Notes under the pieces: generated by a model
Told to the model about the DNA's origin: nothing
What the model saw: the letters and a program-made list of their open reading frames with translations, nothing else
Database searches by the model: none
Made by a program: the position numbers and the translations under genes
From: the human T2T-CHM13v2.0 reference genome, Homo sapiens
DNA: 64,000 nt
NCBI RefSeq assembly: GCF_009914755.1
Contig: NC_060926.1
Reading direction: 5' to 3' (one strand)
Shown here: positions 16,787 to 31,299 of the stretch, in pieces
How the letters are laid out: each line of letters starts with the position of its first letter
Numbering within the stretch: position 1 is the first letter of the stretch

Positions 16787-19700
16787 GGACAGGATGTTCT
16801 TACAAACTCCTTCCAACTGCAACGCTATTATGTGATTCTATGAAATTGACATAGCCAAGGTATGTGTGTATATGGAGGGAGTGGCATGGACTAAGGTGCT
16901 GGCAATAGGCACAGAGAGGATAAATGTGGGAAATATTTTAATAGAAGAATTAATATCATCTGGCTTCAGTTTTCAACAACATTGTTGACTAGATAGCCCA
17001 AAGACTCTCTTGCTACAAAATATGTGGATTGCTTCATAAAATGTAACAGACATCTCCTGAAATGCTTGGCTGAGCTTGCAAGAAAGGGAAAAAAATCTAC
17101 ATGGACCAAAATAGGGGGACTGAGACCAAGAAATATAAGCATGAGATGTGCTGTGACTAACCCCAGAAGGTATGGGAAGGGAGGCATATTGCTTGTTTGT
17201 CCTGACCTGGATCCTGGTTAGAGAAGTGGGAACTGTCTCTGAGAATTTATAACTACTTGAGTTGGACTTTGAACTCAAAACATCTGCATGTTACAAGAAC
17301 CTCAAACCAAGAAATTAACAAAAGATTGGTCTCCATCAGGTGATACTCTTGGAGTGTCTGGTAGAAGCAAACAGGAAACTGCTCAGGAGAAACATACCAT
17401 CACCCAAGGCCACAGAGTATTGCTGCCCAAGTAAATCCCCACTGAAGTTGAGCTCACAAGCTAAAGATTATAATACGTAACCTGGAACAATGTACCGTGA
17501 ATGAGAGTAGAGAAGACCCTGAAGAATTACAATAAGATTCAACAAGTCTAAGTGACAGCCTGGATGTGTGGGGTGGGAAGAAGCAAAAGTGAATCCCACA
17601 GAGCTGTAGTTACTTAGATGAATCCAGGGAATCAAATAATGTTGCTATTACCAGAAATATGGAAGGGTGATTTGATTTTAGACAGACTGTATTTGGAATG
17701 GTGGTGGGACATCCATATGGGGGTATTCATTAGAACCATGGGGCTGTCTGACTTAGAAGCCATCTACGTAGGAATAATAGCTGAAGGCCTGGCAATGAAT
17801 GCACTCTGTAAGGAAAGTGTTGAAATAGGAAAGAAGAGAGCTAAGAACTGGTCCAGGAAAACACTCATGTTTTGAGGACCAGTTGAAAAAGAGGAGCAAA
17901 TAAGGAAAATGAGCTCTTTGGTCTCCAATTCTGGTTGGGTCCTGGGTTTGGATTTTCACATTGTTTGGTTTTAATTCTTTCCATCTCTAGTCTAATATTC
18001 TCATCCCTCACAATCCCTAGGGGAAGCTCCAATAAATGGGAGCAGTGTCCCTTGGGACATAGCAGGAACTTCTCAGCTAGGAGTTATAGAGCCAGACTGG
18101 GCTCTGGTACCAGGACTACTACTAAGTCACTTCTTTGGGGTTCAATTTTCTCATCAGTGATGTTAGGCCTAGGTGGGTGTGAGGATAAGAATAATAGAGC
18201 TGATGGCACTTGCTGGAATGCTGCTGGAGAGGGCAAGATAGGGGTGATCAGAGGCCAGCCACCCACTGTCTGCGTTTCCTCCTTTGTTCAGCTTGTGTGT
18301 TTTGGGACCAGTTGCTTGAAATATGGGCCATTATGCTTTTCTTGCCCTACTCTTCATGAAAAGTGAAGTCAGGTGGCCCATGCCTAATAAGTGAAAGGTG
18401 TGGTGACTTAAATAGTAAGACAATGAGGGTCATGATTATCTTGTGTCTCCATGAATCTACCACTTATCACAGTGCCTGACAGTCCACAATTTGAGCCTCT
18501 TCATTGGGTTAAACATTGCCCTCTGCAGGCTACTGTTCTAAAATGTTAATTCTCCTAGAAGAGGTAATATTAAATCCTTTACCACAAATTAGTTTCTTAG
18601 ATACAAGATACTTGGCCACATGAAAGCACTTAAAACCTAGGGAGAGAAAAGGATGGAATTCTCTGAGTTGATCATTTTGTCTCTGGTCAGCTGGACTGTG
18701 GGGTGGAGGGTGAGCATATCTTAGAGTGAAGGAGTGAAGAAAGCAGCAAGAGTATCAGAAGCTGGTTTGATCTGGCATCATAGGGCTGTAAGGTCTCTTA
18801 ATTCAAGAACAGCTCAGCTCAGAAGAGAAAACAATGAAGTCCTCAGACACAGGCCTTCTTTCTTCCTTATCAGAGAGGGGTCATTGGAGCAGAGAGATGG
18901 AGAGCACAGCGGCCTTTTTATGCTCCAAGGTCTGCCCAAGGTGGCCAGAAAGAGTGGAAAAGCTTTGGGTGGGGAGTTCAAAGAGTAAAAAGGGGCCACC
19001 TTCACCATTACAAGGTCATGCTTTCCTCATCACCCTCCTAGCCTTCCTCTGATCCCAAAGCCATGAAGAGTTCACTTGGAAGGACAGCTGGAGAAAAGTG
19101 GCTGTGGCAGGCGCATGGCTGAATGGTAAGTAGGCTGATGCCACCTGGAGAAGATCCTTTTTGTGGGAAGAGCAACTAAGGTGACCATCAGTCTCTGGCA
19201 AGTGCCTGCTCCCAGCTATATTCAGGTGTGCTCTAGCTAAATGCTGAGACCCTTTGGGTCCTGACATCATGTGACTCTTGAACAGATGCATAGATACTGT
19301 CTGGAGCCTCTGTGACACTGAACACTCTGGGCTTTCACAAACAGCACCAAAATACTGCAGCCTTTTGCTGTTGTCGCTACTGCCTGGAGCTCCCTCTAGC
19401 TGCCAAACCTGTTTCTCACCTTCTGGTAGGAAGCCTTTCCAATCAGTGCTATTAAGTTTAGGTGTCTCCATTCTGGGGTTGGAAAATGAGGGTTGGCTTT
19501 GAAGTTGGACAGATTTGTTTGACCTGTCTGTTCCTAGCCTGGGTTAACTACATTGTTCCAGCAAGCTATCTACATTGCTTCCACATCTTTGAAATGAGGT
19601 ATATGCCTGCTTTATTTGGGAATGCGAGGATTAAGGAGAATAATATATACATAATGTTGAACACCTACGCCTTTTAACCACTTTGAAGTTCCAGAAACAC

Positions 19701-19929
19701 CTCCAGCCCTTAGGTGAGCTGTGATTAAATTCGTTCATTAACCCAACACACATTTACTGAATGCCTACTCTGTGCCGCAGTTCCTGGCAGGTGTGCCTGA
19801 CAGTGGGTGTGTAATATGTTCAGGGTCTGTATCCCATGAGCGTGGGGATCTCCTTTATCTTCTGGCACATATGGTCCTGGGGGAGAAGCTAAGGGGAAGG
19901 GTCAGGAGCTTACATGGCAGATTCAGTAA

Positions 19930-20454
19930 GCTTTTAGCACAATAATTTTAATTGCAAAAATAAACAGTTTTGTCAACTGCTTGAGAGTAGCGTCTGCTTT
20001 ACAAAAATTAACAACAACAAAAGGAAAAAAAACCCAAAGCAAAACGTTACATCCAATGGCTGCTGGATAAGACACTGCTGTACAAAGTCCCGCGCGAGAC
20101 CGCCTTGGCGCTGCCCCAGCCTGTCTCTGGGGGTTATAGAGGAAGGCGTGGGGCGTGTGCCAGTTACAAAAGACTGTCTTGAATCCCAGGGTAGTGCCTA
20201 TTCACTGGGTGGTCTCAGAAGACTTCCCCCAAAGCGCGGCTGACAAGGGTGACAGCGCCTGGACCGCGGGAACTGTCCGCGGAGCTGGTGCTGAATAGGG
20301 CGTGTGCGGCGGGCGCTTCAAGGAAACTGGAAGCGGGACCGGAGGCCGGCCCTCGGGCGTGCGAGGAGGAGTTGGAAGAAGAGCGGGGAGGGGAACGGCC
20401 CGGAACTCGTGCGCGCCGAACGGCGGCGCCCCAACCCATAAACCCATCTCTTGC
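19930..20454 (-). other. EGR4: EGR4 3'UTR
   Basis: Runs from the stop codon through U-rich tracts to the ATTAAA signal; the 3' end is estimated. Confidence 0.8.
19947..19952 (-). terminator. EGR4: Polyadenylation signal ATTAAA (variant)
   Basis: Plus strand TTTAAT at 19947-19952, preceded in transcript direction by U-rich elements; I saw no AATAAA between it and the stop. Confidence 0.75.
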
Positions 20455-22179
<1,725 letters not shown>

Positions 22180-22315
22180 CTCCAGGGTAGCCGGTGGCCG
22201 CGGGAGCGTCCCTGGCAGGCAGCCGGGGCAATTCAGCGCTGGGTTCGGCGCAACAGCCTTCAGTGGACTTGACGAGGAGCGCGTCGGGTTCGGAAAACTC
22301 GCTAAGGTGGAGCAT
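22180..22315 (-). CDS. EGR4: EGR4 coding exon 1 (MLHLSEFSEPDALLVKSTEG...ATGYPG, 136 nt, phase 1)
   Basis: ATG at 22315 in GCGCC-ATG context; donor GAG|GTAAGG at 22180|22179; the peptide matches the EGR4 N-terminus as I recall it; 136+1325 nt = 486 aa plus stop. Confidence 0.95.
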
Positions 22316-22567
22316 GGCGCGGCGCCGGCTGTGGGGCGCCCGGGGCCTCGCCCGCTGGGCTTGGGGGCGCGCGGGTGGCGGGGAGGCTGGCGGTAGGGGT
22401 TCCCCGCAGCGCACAGACCTAGGCGCCCGGGCTCCTGGCTTCGGGCACTCACCTCTGGGAAAGGAGTCGGGGAGCCGCGGCGCCCTCGCTCGCCCGCACC
22501 GGCCTCGGGCGGCGGCTCCTCGCCTCTCCAAAGCGCTGCCGGGCTCCCCCAGCCCACAGCCCCCCCA

Positions 22568-22575
22568 CTTATATA
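22568..22575 (-). promoter_or_regulatory. EGR4: EGR4 TATA box (TATATAAG); TSS expected near 22545
   Basis: Isolated AT-rich TATA motif in GC-rich sequence about 250 nt upstream of the ATG. Confidence 0.8.
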
Positions 22576-22620
22576 GCTGCGGCGGCGCTGGCTCCGGGCT
22601 TCCGACTCCCCGGGCCACTG

Positions 22621-22724
22621 CCATTTTGGGAGGCCCCGGCCCTGCCGCCGTGACGTAAATGCCCAAACATGGACACAGGATGTGTGCCGGGGACTCCCGA
22701 AAAGGAAAGCTCGAGCTGTGACGT
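22621..22724 (-). promoter_or_regulatory. EGR4: Immediate-early promoter module: CRE-like sites, CArG-like box plus Ets site, NF-kB-like site
   Basis: TGACGTAA 22651-22658; CCAAACATGG 22663-22672 (1-mismatch CArG); CAGGATGT 22676-22683 (Ets, as in the c-fos SRE); GGGGACTCCC 22689-22698; TGACGT 22719-22724; CCATTTTGGG 22621-22630. Confidence 0.65.
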
Positions 22725-25700
22725 TGTTGTTGTCGCCGCCGCCGCCAGGCTCGCGCCGCTGCGTGCGCGCGCGCTCCCCAGGCGTGGAGCGCTGGGGCCG
22801 CGGATGCGCCAGTCTGGGGCGCTGCGCCTCACCGGGCCGACCGTCCGGTAGATGCGCTTCCCACCTGGAGGCAGAGGCCGAGGGGCAGCAGGGGAGGACC
22901 GTGTTGGGTTTGAATCTGCCCTCTGCCACTAACTAGCTTGACACTCAGTCCCCCTTAACGTCAGTTTCTCACCTGTGCATTTCCTGTGGAGAGAAACTGA
23001 GAGCACATAAATGTCCAGGCGCACTCAGTAAACCACAGAGATTATTGCCATTCATTTCTTTTGCTCACGCCTGTGTGTTTTTCCATTTTAAGTTTTTTTT
23101 TTTTAAATTTGTGCTAGGAAAAATAATTTAAATTAAAAAGGACTGTAATACTTGTTAACAGTAGGAGGAAAGTCAACTAGCACAACAGGGTATATTCTAA
23201 ATTGAAAAGTAAAAGTCCCTCCTCTCCACCTACCTTCATTCCTAGCTCCTGAGGTAGCCACATTTAAGTTTCTTGGGTATTCTTTCAGAAGAATTTTATG
23301 TATATCCAACCATACACATTGTTCTGCAATATTATTATTATTATTATTTTTTCACTTGAAATAACTTAGAGATTGTGCCATGTCCTGACATAAAGATCTT
23401 GTCATTCTTTTTCAAGGCTGTATAGTACTCCATTGTAAGGGAGGACCTTGAGTTAGTCGATTTGTCCCCTATCCATGAGCATGTAGGCAGTTTCCAACTT
23501 TTTACTTATACCAATGTTGTTGGAGTCAACATCCTTGACTATATAAATGTGAATGTGTCTGTGAGATAAATTCCAACGAGTGTAATTGTGTGCCAAAGTA
23601 TATGTAAAATTTTGATAGACAACTGGCAAATTGTCTTCCAGAAAAGTAGGGCCAATTCCTGCTCACTCCTCCCTCACCCACAGGGTATGAGATGCTTCTG
23701 CAGAACATTTTTTCTGCCTTCATACAAATGGCTTTCGCTCTAAGGATGTTGATCCCAGCAACACACAGGGAATCCGTGGGAAATATCTCCCTGGAATCAG
23801 TACTTGAAATAATTGGGCTTCTTTTGAGAAAAAAAAAAAAAATCCTAGCCTTAAGGAGGCTGTGAATCTTGGCTGCAGAAGCATCAGAGCCAACTCCAGC
23901 AAAGAAGCTTGCCTACTCTCCTAGTCTCATCTCTCTTCTGCTGTGGTTTTCCCTCTGTCTCATTCTCTCATTCTTTTTAAAATGTTTATTTTATTTTGTA
24001 TTATAGCTCACTTAACTCCTTTCTGGAACCAAATTAAATAAATACATGGGGGGGAAGGATTAAATAAATACATGGAATAGCATGTTCTTCTTTATGAAGA
24101 GCATCAATTCCTGAGACTCTGTGTGCTGGAGGGTAAGGTGGGCAGGTTTAGGGCTCCTCCTTCCTTCTCTCCTTTTTTGAAATAGAAACAAAGCCCTTTG
24201 GGGGTGGTGGACTCAGCATCATGGGCAGTATAGCTCCCAGCCTCTCTTCCACCCCTGTACCCTCTTTTTCAAGAGAGAGAGAGAGAGCCCAAGAATGCCC
24301 AAACCCCACCACATTCTCAGTCCTTTCACCCTATGTCCATTATCCAAACATCCATTCAGTTTCTCAATGTTCATTCATTCAGTATTCATTTCTTAAGTGC
24401 CTATTACAGGCCAGAAGGTAGACTTTGGTTTTATGTCTGCTGGGACCCTGAGCCCCATCTCCAGCACTAGGTGCCCACTCCTCATCCCACAGTGACCTTA
24501 TTAAGTGTTTTCACAGAATATGTCCCTTCACACAATCACCTGCAAAACATATGCTGACACACTTGTATGCATCTTCTCCTGAAGTCCACAAATCATATAA
24601 AGGTTCTCACAGGGTCATGCACTTGCAGTGTGTCTTACTAAATGGCTACACCTATGGTTCTGTGTTAGTAGCACATATATGAGCATGTAGGAAATGCAGA
24701 AACCCAGCAGATGTCTGTAAAGATTGGACACACCAAGCACGATTTTCCTTATACTCTATTTCAGATCCAGGGTTTGATTCTAATCCAAATGCATTGCCAA
24801 GGCCAGGTGAGCCCACACCAGACACACAGGGCACACATGTCTCAAATCCACTCTGGCATCCTACTGCCTGAGAGGGAGGAGGAGGGGAGGAGTTTGACTG
24901 GGCTGGTGTCCAGGTCTCCCCAGGTCGCCCCGTCGGGCCAGATTGGTCAGCCCCAGGTTGCCCATCCCTTCTGCTGTTCTTCCCTCTGCCACAGCATTCC
25001 TCCTCCTTCTTAGTCACAGATAATTCCCCTACTCTCTTGGTGAGTTGCCAAGCCATTGCTTCTCTCTGCCAAGGGCTGTTGGACTAGGTCTGTGTTAGGA
25101 CAAGGGTCCAAGTCACCAAAGTTTCTTGTGTTAGAGGCCAGACCTGGGGGCAGGGCTCGGGGGTGGGTAGGAGTGATTAGGAAAGGAGATAGGGAAGAGA
25201 CAGCTTGTGCTCTGGGTGTGGGATGGCTCACACCCCCATGTCTATGCTACTTACCTCCAATGGACACACATACACACACTCACAGGCACAGAGGATGGCT
25301 ACCTCTGGAGGGCAATTTGCATCTGCCTTTGGCTCTCTGAAGACTGGGAGGGAATATAAAGGGGGCTGAGCATTTTGTAGTTCTTCCCAGCTCGTCCCTT
25401 CTTCTCCCTACGTTTTAACAGCTTACAAAGAGATTCTGGGCCCAGATAAAATAAAAGTCTTTGGGAAGGGAAGGAAGAGAGAAGAGCTTAGATCTATGAG
25501 CTCCATTTAAATCACACTTCAAATATAAAAACACAAATGTACACAAGGGAAAAAAGGGAAATCACATACATTGAGCATTTTACAAATATTTTATCATTCA
25601 ATCTCCACAAAAGTTCTATGGAGTAAGGAATTGGAGACCAATTTCACAGATGAGGAAACAGATTCAAAAAGGTCAAATGACGTGATCGACACCACACTTC

Positions 25701-25981
25701 TAGTCAGTGGTAGAGCTGAGAGTCAAGTCCAGGCTAGCCTACTCTATAAGACAATTTAGGAAAAGATAATTAATTTTACAAAAGGATTCACTGTTGGATG
25801 GCTTTAGATGGAGGATCTCCCTGTAGCTTTCAAATAGGATGTGATGTGCAAACTTGAGCTGGCTGGTGCCCATCCCTGCAAGAATTCCCTGGAGTGATGG
25901 CCATGGATAGGAAAACAGTGGGTCACAACTAGTGCTGAGAAGTAGCACATATAAGGTTCTTTGGAGCTGTTGTGTAAGTTG

Positions 25982-25982
<1 letters not shown>

Positions 25983-26008
<26 letters not shown>
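25983..26008. repeat. (TG)n microsatellite
   Basis: Read directly. Confidence 0.95.
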
Positions 26009-26017
<9 letters not shown>

Positions 26018-27680
26018 TCTTGGGGAAGGTGAGAGCGAATTTTCTATTTCCATGGGAAAAGGTGCAAAGGAGAATCACTTTCTAGACAAGCACTGAACAA
26101 ACATTTGCTGAATGAATTAATGAATGAAGAAATTCATTCATCAAATATTCATTGAGCACAGCCCAGTGCCAGGTGCTGGGTTGGCCCTTCAGATGCTGAT
26201 GCTGCAGTGCATGAGACTGGAAGCTTTGAATCCAGGGAAGGAGGTGGGGAGGGGCAGAGGGAGGGTAGAGGCAGCCTCCCTGCTCTCTCTTCTGGGGAGG
26301 GCTCAGCCCCTGTCATAGTTCTGGTTATGCTACTGCTCCCTCCTCCACACCCTACCTTGATCTTTCTGCTCTAAATATCATTGTGTTCAAATAATAGTGT
26401 GTGTATTTTAAAAGACTCCAAGAAGACAGCTGCCTGGGAGTATTAATCATGAAGAGGCCAGCACTCTGTCTCCATGGCGACTCCTGACAGCGAGAGCTGA
26501 GGAACAGTTCCATGTCCCACTTCCTGGGGCCATGGAGATGCAGGGGCACTGCATCTCTCACTCCTCTTTCCTCTCTGCTTCTTTCTTCTCCTTCCTTTCC
26601 TCTCCTCTCTTCTCTCCTACCCCTTCCCTCCACTCCCTCTTTTTTTTTTCTTCCTAAAGGATTTATTTAAAAGCAGGGACAGAGGCAGGGCCAGCCATCA
26701 GAGTAACAAAAAACATGGCTAATGAAGCCGCAGCAGAGATGAAGTCTGCATCCAGTTGCAGCATCTGCAGTGCCCAACTCCACTCCCAAGACCTCTGCAG
26801 TGCCCCCGGGCTTCCACAGCCAGTAGGGCAGAAGTAGTGTGATCATCGGCCCCTGAGGCAAGAGGCCAACTGTCAGGGTCCTTCTCCGTCTCTTTTCTCT
26901 TCCCTGCTCATGGCCCATCATTAGTTTGTGGTTTGGGTCATTATTATGATTATGAGTATGGCTATTATTTTTAATGCCCACAAAAGTAACAGGCTTATTG
27001 AAAAAAACAAATGTTAAAAATTATAATGCAAAGAACGAGAATACCTTTCACTATCCTGTACACACACACACGAACACGTTTTAGGTTGATTCCTATAGAT
27101 TTTTTTCATGCATATTCATGCAACATCCATTTAGTCAACATCCATTTAGTCAACAATCACATTATTATCATCATTCTTATTTACATCATTTTCATACTAT
27201 ACGTACTCTTGTAACTAATTAACACTGTACCTTGTTTTTTTTAAAATTTTTTCCATAATGATACCCATCTACAGTGTTGATCTATAGTGTTGGTAACAGT
27301 TTCACCAGCATATTTCATTGTGTAGATGAATATAATTTTTTAACTTTATAGTTTCCTGTCTTTCACTATTATAAAGGATCTGGCTATATATGGTCTTTTA
27401 TGTATACGTGGTGCATTGATGGGGTAATAATACTACAGTATTCTAGCTAACATTTGCACGTTATTTACTATGGGCACTATCTGACAGGTAGTGAGAGCTT
27501 TACCTATACTCATCATTTAATCCTCACCACAACCTGATTAGTATTATTATCTCTGTTTTACAGATGGAGAAATTGAGCATGGAACACTAAGAAATTTGCC
27601 CAAGCTTACCAGGTTAGTGATGATGCCGGGATCTGAACTCATACTATAGCCATAGGCTAGATTACAAAAAGTGAAATTTC

Positions 27681-27744
27681 ATGCTCACTTCAGCAGCACA
27701 TATACTAAAATTGGAATGATACAGGGAAGATTAGTATGGTCCTT
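27681..27744 (+). pseudogene. 3'-truncated U6 snRNA retropseudogene (about nt 1-64)
   Basis: ATGCTCACTTCAGCAGCACATATACTAAAATTGGAATGATACAGGGAAGATTAGTATGGTCCT matches the U6 5' part with CpG decay; TSD AAAAAGTGAAATTT at 27666-27679 and 27747-27760. Confidence 0.93.
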
Positions 27745-28020
27745 AAAAAAAGTGAAATTTTTTAGGACAAATAGAACTGGTTTTAGGACAAAGGTACAAA
27801 CACTTAAAATTATATATATTGTTAAATATTTCTCTAAAAAGATTGTTCCAATCTCTGGGCCAACTAGCAGTATATGAGGACCAACTGGTAAGCAGAAAGA
27901 GGCATCCCAGTGATATTTTAATTTTTATTGTAAAAATTATCAGTAAGGATGAGAATCTTTTCACAGGGCCTTAGTATTTCCTTTTCCGTGATATAGAGGC
28001 TTAATACCTCACCCAAATAC

Positions 28021-28280
<260 letters not shown>

Positions 28281-29409
28281 ACCCAAAGACTTTTTTTGAG
28301 TGGAAGCCTTCCTTATGCTCCTCACATCCCTGTAGTGGGCACTGAAAGTGAGGCTGCTCTGCTGTGGCATAGACTGGGAGGACTAGGTGGGGACAGGTAC
28401 ATAGGGGGCTTATGTACCCTCTTTACTTTTGTTCTTTCTATTTTGAATTCTTTCTATTTTTATTTACTCATTTTTTGTAGAGATGGGGTCTCTCTGTTGC
28501 CCAGGCTGGTTTCTAACTCCTGGGCTCAAGTGATTCTCCCACCATGAATTCCCAAAGCGCTAGGATTACAGGTGTGAGCCAGCACACCGGGCCTGTTCTT
28601 TCTCTTTTGGATCATGGGGAGAGGTGGCAAGGAGAACAAGGTGGCTGCATGCCATTAGGAAAAGTGGATTCTTCCAAGGTGGCTTGGCTTCTGAGCTGTT
28701 CTCCTACAGGAGAGAGGGAGGTTATTCTTTCTCTCATCTTCCATTCTATAGCCTTCCTTTGGCAACACTGGACAGAGCCGAGAGGTAGATGATCACAGAA
28801 GAGGCGTGACTAGGGTGGGTTCTAGGAGGGTCAGAGGTAGGTGGACGGTTACAGTGACTTCACACTGCTACTGCCCTGTGATTTGGAATCGGCCTCCCAT
28901 CAGCCCTTTGGATCTAAGCCTGGTTATCCCTTTGTGGGTAATAACGGACTTGGATCTTGTTAAATGTTTTTATTTGATTAAGTAATGGTGTTCAGAGCAC
29001 TAATTTCCAATTCATGTGTTAAGAAGTTAAAAAGGAGGATTAGTGAGCAGACGGAGAGACCTATAGCTCTAGAACAGAAATGGAATTAGAAACAAGCCTT
29101 CTTAACCTATCTATCTGGCATGTTTCTCTCTCTCTGGCCTCCTTCTATTTTCACTTATCTGAGCTCATCTCACTGTCTTTTCACCGTCTCTCCTCCCCCA
29201 TCTTGCCATAGTTTTCTTTAAACCTCTTTGATGTAGATTGGTCATCGTACTGAGATTGGACAATATAACTCTGAAATGCCCAGGCAATTTATCCACAGCT
29301 AGGTCTGTTGAGCCATAGCCTGGGTCCTCTGTGTGTCCTTGAATCCTGTCCATCATCATCAGGCTGGGCTTCTGGTTGCAAATGACAGAAATGCAACCTC
29401 AATTAGCTT

Positions 29410-29530
29410 AGAGAAGAACGAACGAAAGAAAGAAAGGAAGAAAAAGAAAGAAAGAAAGAAAGAGAGAAAGAAAGAAAAAGAAAGAAAGAAAAAAGAAAGA
29501 GAAAGAAAGAAAGAGGGGAGGAAAGAAGAA
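29410..29530 (+). repeat. (GAAA)n-type purine microsatellite
   Basis: Read directly. Confidence 0.95.
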
Positions 29531-31299
29531 ATTATCAGCATATCCAAGGGAATGGGGAATCCAAAAAAGTGTCAAACAACCAACCTGTGAGGGCATCAGG
29601 GACACACTGGGTGTCAGAGGCTAAGAGTTTTCAGAATGCTCTCAGCTCCTTTTTTTTTTTTCTCCCTGATAACTGAAAACCTGGCCTTTAGCAGACTGTG
29701 TGTTCTACACCTCAGCTTCTGTGATAAATGGATTCTCATTCCCAGTTACAGGTAGGGAATCCTAGAAAAGACCTCTCCTCTTCTCCTTAGGACAATTATA
29801 TGGTTAGCAGGCAGGGTAATATCCGGTTGACACCACCACTAGGGTCTTGTGCTTGTGCTTTGAGGGCCAGGCCCAGAGAAGAGGAAATAACTGTGAGCCA
29901 GGAAGCCTCCCTTGTCCTTGAGGGCAAGAGCTGGGCAGCAATGAGCTCTGGCACGTTCTCATAACCAGGGGCAGAAATAGTTCCCTCTGCTTAACAATGC
30001 CCCTGGAGCAAGTCGCCTACTCCATCTGTCTGCCAGCTCCAAGGAACACTGCTCAAAATAAAAATCCCTAATTAGCAATTCCTTCAATCCAGAGCAAAAC
30101 AATTTATTTGTTTCCTAGAATAATCTGGAGCCACATTTGGCTTGGCAACCAGTGGGTCCCACATGTTCATGCGGTGTGCCATGTGAAGACTTCAGCAGGG
30201 AGTTTTATTCAGTTAAGCATGAGGGGGAATGCCCTGGGGGTCACCTCCCCAGGCAGCAGCAAGTCAGGGCCTAGAATAGAACTGGTTTTATCAATGTTGT
30301 GCAGCAGGTTTCTGGTACAGGGTAGGTAGCGAAGGAAGAAAGTTCAACAGGATTTCTAAGCACCTGCTCTCACAAAGGCCAAACCGGTGATCCCTACATT
30401 TGGTAGGGACACATGGCCTGCAGGAGACATAGAGAATCTGACAATAGAGTAAAACCTCAAGCCAGGGAGTCAGAGGAACTGAGTCTGACCCAGTTCTGCC
30501 ACTGGTTTGTTCTGTGACCTTGAACAAATTCGAAATACTTTCTGTGCTTGTGCATTCTCACCTGTGAAATGGGAGTATGTTACCTTCTCTACCTATAGTC
30601 TCAGGATTAAGAGTCAGAATTAACAAATTAAGTGGTGGTTGAAGCACAGGCACTTGCTACAAAAAAAAAAAAAAAAAAAAAAGGCGAGGTTAGAAACAAT
30701 ATATGCAGTTAAGAAATGATGAGTAATTCTTCCTACCCCAAATGTGTGCCCTGTGTTTTCTGGGCATCTATGTGTATGTGGGTGGAATTGGTCACTATGA
30801 CATGAATTTCATGACTAGTTGTTTTCTTCCAATCCTTGCTCTCATTCATTCATTATTCATTCATCTAAATATTTGTTGAGGACTTAATACATCAGCCAGT
30901 TCAACAACTTATTACAGAAAGGTGTGATGCATGTGCCAGCGGGAGAAGGACCGGATGGTTTGAGATCATAGAAGGAAGCAGGAGGTCGTTAGCTCAACAA
31001 GATATTCAGGGAAGGCTTCCCCAAGGAAGTGACATTTGAATGGAGACTGGAAGGTTAAGTAAAAGTTAGCCAGAAAAAGGGAAAGGTTGAGTGGGGAGAA
31101 TGTTCTGGGCAAAGGGGACAGCATATACAAAAGCCAGAAGGTGAGAGAAAAAAGACAAGGGAGGAGAAAAGGATTCAGGGAACTGGCGGAAGCCCATGAT
31201 GGCTGGAGTGTGAGGAGGGAAAGAGGCTAGGAAGGGCAAGTGGGGTCAGGCTGGAGAAACTGGTGAGCTCAGGATCCTAGAAGACCTTTTAAGCAGGTT

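Noticed and set aside
30661-30682. A22 run as a retrocopy tail
   Set aside because: No TSD or transcript-like body seen; adjacent to a MIR remnant, so likely slippage.
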